A DNA stretch of 62,177 bases, counting the filler, from Globobulimina sp. (lineage: Eukaryota), in the NCBI GenBank assembly GCA_003354225.1. It is 32 parts of 32 records of this genome, joined end to end, with 100 filler letters (N's around TTAATTAATTAA, not from the genome) between each part and the next. Parts side by side here need not be neighbours in the genome. Positions count along the whole stretch, not along the records: positions 58,388 to 60,232 come from PIVH01011303.1; positions 60,333 to 62,177 come from PIVH01011304.1; 30 more parts are not named here. The stretch is one strand, 5' to 3'. The notes beneath the pieces are model-generated. The model did no database searches, was not told the DNA's origin, and was given only the letters and a program-made list of their open reading frames with translations. Positions within the stretch are counted from its first letter, which is position 1; every line of letters begins with the position of its first letter. Positions 58,388 through 62,177 of this stretch are shown here, piece by piece. The position numbers were made by a program, and so were the translations under genes.

Positions 58388-60165
58388 CCATTTTTCTGTG
58401 TGGCAACAATGGCCGAAGTATTTAAACTATTTGGCAATGAACATGTTCTATTGGATCAATTTCAACAAACTCTACTACAGATGACATCAAATGCGTCAGC
58501 AACATCATTATCTAAATTCTTTTCCAAAAATTACCATCCGCTCTATCAATTTATCTTACGTTTATATTTAACCTCACTCACCGCACAACACCCAGACCGT
58601 GGACATGCATCTAAACACAAACCAGATGATGGCTATACAGTAAAAGAACATAAAATATTATCAGGTTTGTTTAATATCTCATATCTGTGTGTTCCACTGT
58701 TCATGCATATGAACTGTTTAATTTGTGTTAAAAGAATGGGCCAATCTATTAACAGATGATGAACCATTAAACAATGATGAACCTCAACATAGTTTACATA
58801 ATAACCATACGTCACCAAAAATCACATATGATGAAAAATCACAATTTTCACCCGCCATATCATCATCCAATACATCCAAAACTATCTCTGCTTATGGTAC
58901 TGTATATATATATATTATGTAAAACGTTTCTGTTTATATTTAACTGTTTGCACACAGCAAAAGTGCAAGAAAAGAAGAAAGGGAGCAAACATGACCACAG
59001 TCAATCATTTTCAGACATTGCGCAACGTGTTACAGCCATAACAATATCAGCCAAAAAAGGAGGGAAAAAAGTAGGATTTGCTACCGATTTATCTGAACAT
59101 AAATCACATGATGATATGAAAGCAAGTTATAAACGGAGATCACAAATCAAACGGAATTCAATATGGGATGGTGTATTAGATGTGAATAATGTTATTATGG
59201 TCCCTGAAACACCTAAATGGAGGCCACGATTCTCCTTCCAGCAAAACCAATTGTTGCAAGAGGGATTATTAGACTCCATTTTACGTACCATTTCATCTAA
59301 AGGTTAAGTGAAAAAAAACTTGAAGTGATTTTGAGCTAAAAACATGTTGACACACACACAAACACAGAATATCAGAAAGGTAGTACGGAACAAACGCTTG
59401 CATTAGCAGATGAATGTGAAGTGACATCGACCGATGCAATGTGTTTATATTTGTCCTTGTTATGTGTAGTTTCATCCAAATTAGATTCTCGACGTCGTGA
59501 TCAGTTACAAACTGCGATATTGCAGAGGGTTGTCAAGGAGCGTGATGTTAAACAACATTACGAATTTTTCCTAAATTCGTATAAAAGTACATCCGATTTG
59601 AAAAAACAATTTCAAAAAACAAATAATTTATTGACAAAACGCACGACCGTAAGTACACCAACATTTTCACCCATATCCAGCCGTTCGAGTGCTTCAATCG
59701 TTTCTACCGATGAGTTGTTAAGTATTTTTGTATAATGCTCCGTCATTTTAATAATAAAAGTCTTGCGTTCAGCTCCTTAAATTCGCCTGGAAAAGCAACC
59801 AAAAACGCAAAAAATATAATACAACAAACTCCGGAATCCGCCATATCATTATTTCGATCAATATTTCGCCATAATTTAAGTGCCGGATCAATGATACAAT
59901 TATGCCGAGAATCAATGGTAACAGATCCAATAAATTGTCACGCACCGCCATTGTCGCGGATTGAAATTCGAAAAATCATTGCCACGAATTCCAAACCATA
60001 TTTAGTCGATTTATATGTGGCGAATCGCAGTGATAATTTCGAATATTTATCATCTACGGTTATTTTGAAAAAAGGGGATGATTTACGTCGTGATGCGGCT
60101 GTGTTACATGTGTTTAGATTGATGAATAAAATTTGGAGAGAAAAAGGTTTAGAATTCACACAAGT
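58388..60165 (+). CDS. Multi-exon PI3/PI4-kinase-family protein, partial
   Basis: TNSKPYLV...VILKKGDDLRRDAAVLHVFRLMNKIWREKGL; exon boundaries approximate. Confidence 0.75.
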
Positions 60166-60332
60166 TCAGTTTGTCTGCCATGCTTTTTTTGAGTAAGGAT
60201 CCTAAATTGTTTTTTTTTTTTTGGTGTGGTTANNNNNNNNNNNNNNNNNNNNNNNNNNNNNNNNNNNNNNNNNNNNTTAATTAATTAANNNNNNNNNNNN
60301 NNNNNNNNNNNNNNNNNNNNNNNNNNNNNNNN

Positions 60333-62132
60333 TTTGCAATGTCGTTATTTGACGAACTGAGTAAAATAGACAGCGAAGGATATGATGGGAAATTATTAAA
60401 TGGCTTTGATTCCATATCACATGCGATTGTCACCGCATTTGTGTACATCTCAACAGCTGAAAATTACTCGATGATATACAATATATTTAACAATGATTAT
60501 TATTCTAACTCGCCATACAGTTTATTATTAGGGAATGCATTGTCGTTCTTGTTACTGTGTGGTTTATTGGGTTTGTTTTGTTTTATCCCTTTGATTATTC
60601 ATCGATTTGAGGAAGCTTTCAGTCAATGCGAAATGAAGAAAAAACGAAGGAATCATTATAGAAAAACGAATTGCATCATTGCCGCATTCATTATGTTGGA
60701 CATGAATAGCGATCTGGCGATCGATAAACAGGAATTAAAACAATTAATCTCTTCCTCTGTGCTAATAAATAAAAATAAAGTGTTTGATATGTTCAATAAA
60801 GAGAAAAATGACGAGGATGATGTTCAAGATGATGAGAGTAACGATTTTAACCCAGACGATGATGAAACATATGGTGCGGATGGTGTTGATTTGCAAACTT
60901 TTGTAAATTATTTGTTGAGACAAACATTTCGAAATAAGTTATTAGCGAATACAGTACCATTTCAGTGGCGAGCTCAAGCGTTTTTAGAAGCGAATATTTT
61001 CCGGAGATCAGCATATAATATAATAATATTTGTTATTTTTGTGGTGCCCACATTTGTTATATCGCTGTTAAAAGGACTTCAAAATACAGAAAATAACACA
61101 TTTGATGGTGTATTATTGGGATTATTTGTGATTAATTTTATTGAAATAAACTTACGATGGTTTAGTTTTGGGTTGAAAAGGTTTTGGGACATTGAAAGAT
61201 ATTCAAATCCGAATTATATAATCTCTGCCATCAATAAATATTATACGTCGCCAAAATTGGCACAATTATCGGAACAATTTGGCGGTTTAAATGAAGTCAT
61301 ACGTTTGACCTCAAATGAACGACGATGGGCGGCATACTTTCTTAAACCAACACGGCCGTTATCTTCAAGCGAGAAATCCGCACTAACTCTGATGCATAGA
61401 ATTGAATTAACTTCCATCTATATAACATTTATACTATTTATATTATCCAAATCATTGACTCATACATGGAGCCGTGACACTGCACAGCAAGGATATGAGA
61501 CGTATTTCTTACAATTTGCCATCTTATTGCGCACATTTACGCTGTTAAAAGCAAATCAGAAATTGACCTATTCCGTATTTACAGTGTTCCCGCAATTTGT
61601 AGCATTATTAATATTTCTATCATTATATATTTATAGCTGGGCGAGGTTAGGCTGCGCATTATTTGGTAATAATATCACTGCGATTGTCATCAAAGATGTT
61701 TATGACGCGGCACCAAATATTATTGCAAATTTCGATACCACCGGATATTCGGTTTTATGTTTAATCCAATTGATGATTGGCGAAGGTTGGCATGAAGTGA
61801 TGTATTACCATATCATTGCCACTTCCTTTATTTATACCATATATTTTATCATTTATATCACTGTGGTTACCATAATTATTTCGAATGTCTTTGTTGGTTT
61901 ATTTCTAGCTGGAATTGACAATCTTGAAATGGAGCAATCTGAAATTAAAGATTTAGAAAAATGTTTAAAATCAAATAAGTCATTTAAGAAATATGCTTGT
62001 GAAAAATTGAAAATATTAAAATATAAATTATCAAATCATAAAGATGAAATTCGAAAAACTGAGCAACAAATTAAACATATCTCGTTCTTGTTACACCAAC
62101 AGCAAAAACATACTTTGTATCATGATTCATGA
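60333..62132 (+). CDS. Two-pore-channel-like cation channel with EF-hand linker, 5'-partial
   Basis: Pore 1 FVYISTAENY, EF-hand DMNSDLAIDKQEL, second 6TM repeat, NFDT..SVLCLIQLMIGEGWHEVM, C-terminal coiled coil. Confidence 0.75.
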   Translation, partial: FAMSLFDELSKIDSEGYDGKLLNGFDSISHAIVTAFVYISTAENYSMIYNIFNNDYYSNSPYSLLLGNALSFLLLCGLLGLFCFIPLIIHRFEEAFSQCEMKKKRRNHYRKTNCIIAAFIMLDMNSDLAIDKQELKQLISSSVLINKNKVFDMFNKEKNDEDDVQDDESNDFNPDDDETYGADGVDLQTFVNYLLRQTFRNKLLANTVPFQWRAQAFLEANIFRRSAYNIIIFVIFVVPTFVISLLKGLQNTENNTFDGVLLGLFVINFIEINLRWFSFGLKRFWDIERYSNPNYIISAINKYYTSPKLAQLSEQFGGLNEVIRLTSNERRWAAYFLKPTRPLSSSEKSALTLMHRIELTSIYITFILFILSKSLTHTWSRDTAQQGYETYFLQFAILLRTFTLLKANQKLTYSVFTVFPQFVALLIFLSLYIYSWARLGCALFGNNITAIVIKDVYDAAPNIIANFDTTGYSVLCLIQLMIGEGWHEVMYYHIIATSFIYTIYFIIYITVVTIIISNVFVGLFLAGIDNLEMEQSEIKDLEKCLKSNKSFKKYACEKLKILKYKLSNHKDEIRKTEQQIKHISFLLHQQQKHTLYHDS

Positions 62133-62177
62133 ACATGTCATTGCAACAATAGTCCTTGTTTCATCATCATAAAACAA

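Noticed and set aside
1849-60332. Regularly spaced TTAATTAATTAA repeats as a CRISPR-like or biological array
   Set aside because: They sit inside N runs of fixed length and are artificial six-frame-stop linkers between length-sorted contigs.
1-62177. Gene clusters or operons across the window (e.g. PhnW + LicD + CASD1 as a surface-modification locus)
   Set aside because: The genes lie on separate contigs that are adjacent only through sorting, so no linkage can be inferred.

Overview
This is not a contiguous locus. It is 32 unrelated contigs of about 1845-1848 nt, ordered by slowly decreasing length and joined by identical 100-nt spacers (44 N + TTAATTAATTAA + 44 N). Gene neighbourhoods across spacers are therefore meaningless. 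The DNA is AT-rich, gene-dense and eukaryotic, with short GT-AG introns (mostly about 50-70 nt). The gene repertoire suggests a protist, probably a foraminiferan or other rhizarian (inference only): 7TM-RGS and GPCR-like proteins, TLDc, ART-like and F-box-like families, PT-repeat surface proteins. Recognisable genes or fragments include glutamine synthetase II, XRN1, MFSD5, CASD1-like, ZIP and DMT transporters, a PI3/4-kinase, a two-pore-channel-like protein, a SET methyltransferase, PI-PLC-X, LicD, YHYH, GRHPR-like, SAE1-like and a LINE ORF2. Highlights: (1) a membrane-anchored SelM/SelF-like selenoprotein with an in-frame TGA in CPGU and a candidate SECIS, split by the ORF track; (2) a PhnW-like C-terminus absent from the track; (3) a 264-aa histone H3 variant; (4) a recurrent LLxxGY/FxR...IPxxI module on unrelated proteins; (5) several pseudoenzymes; (6) a contig with an exact 119-bp terminal repeat (circle or tandem array); (7) MITE-like foldbacks; (8) likely chimeric junctions.
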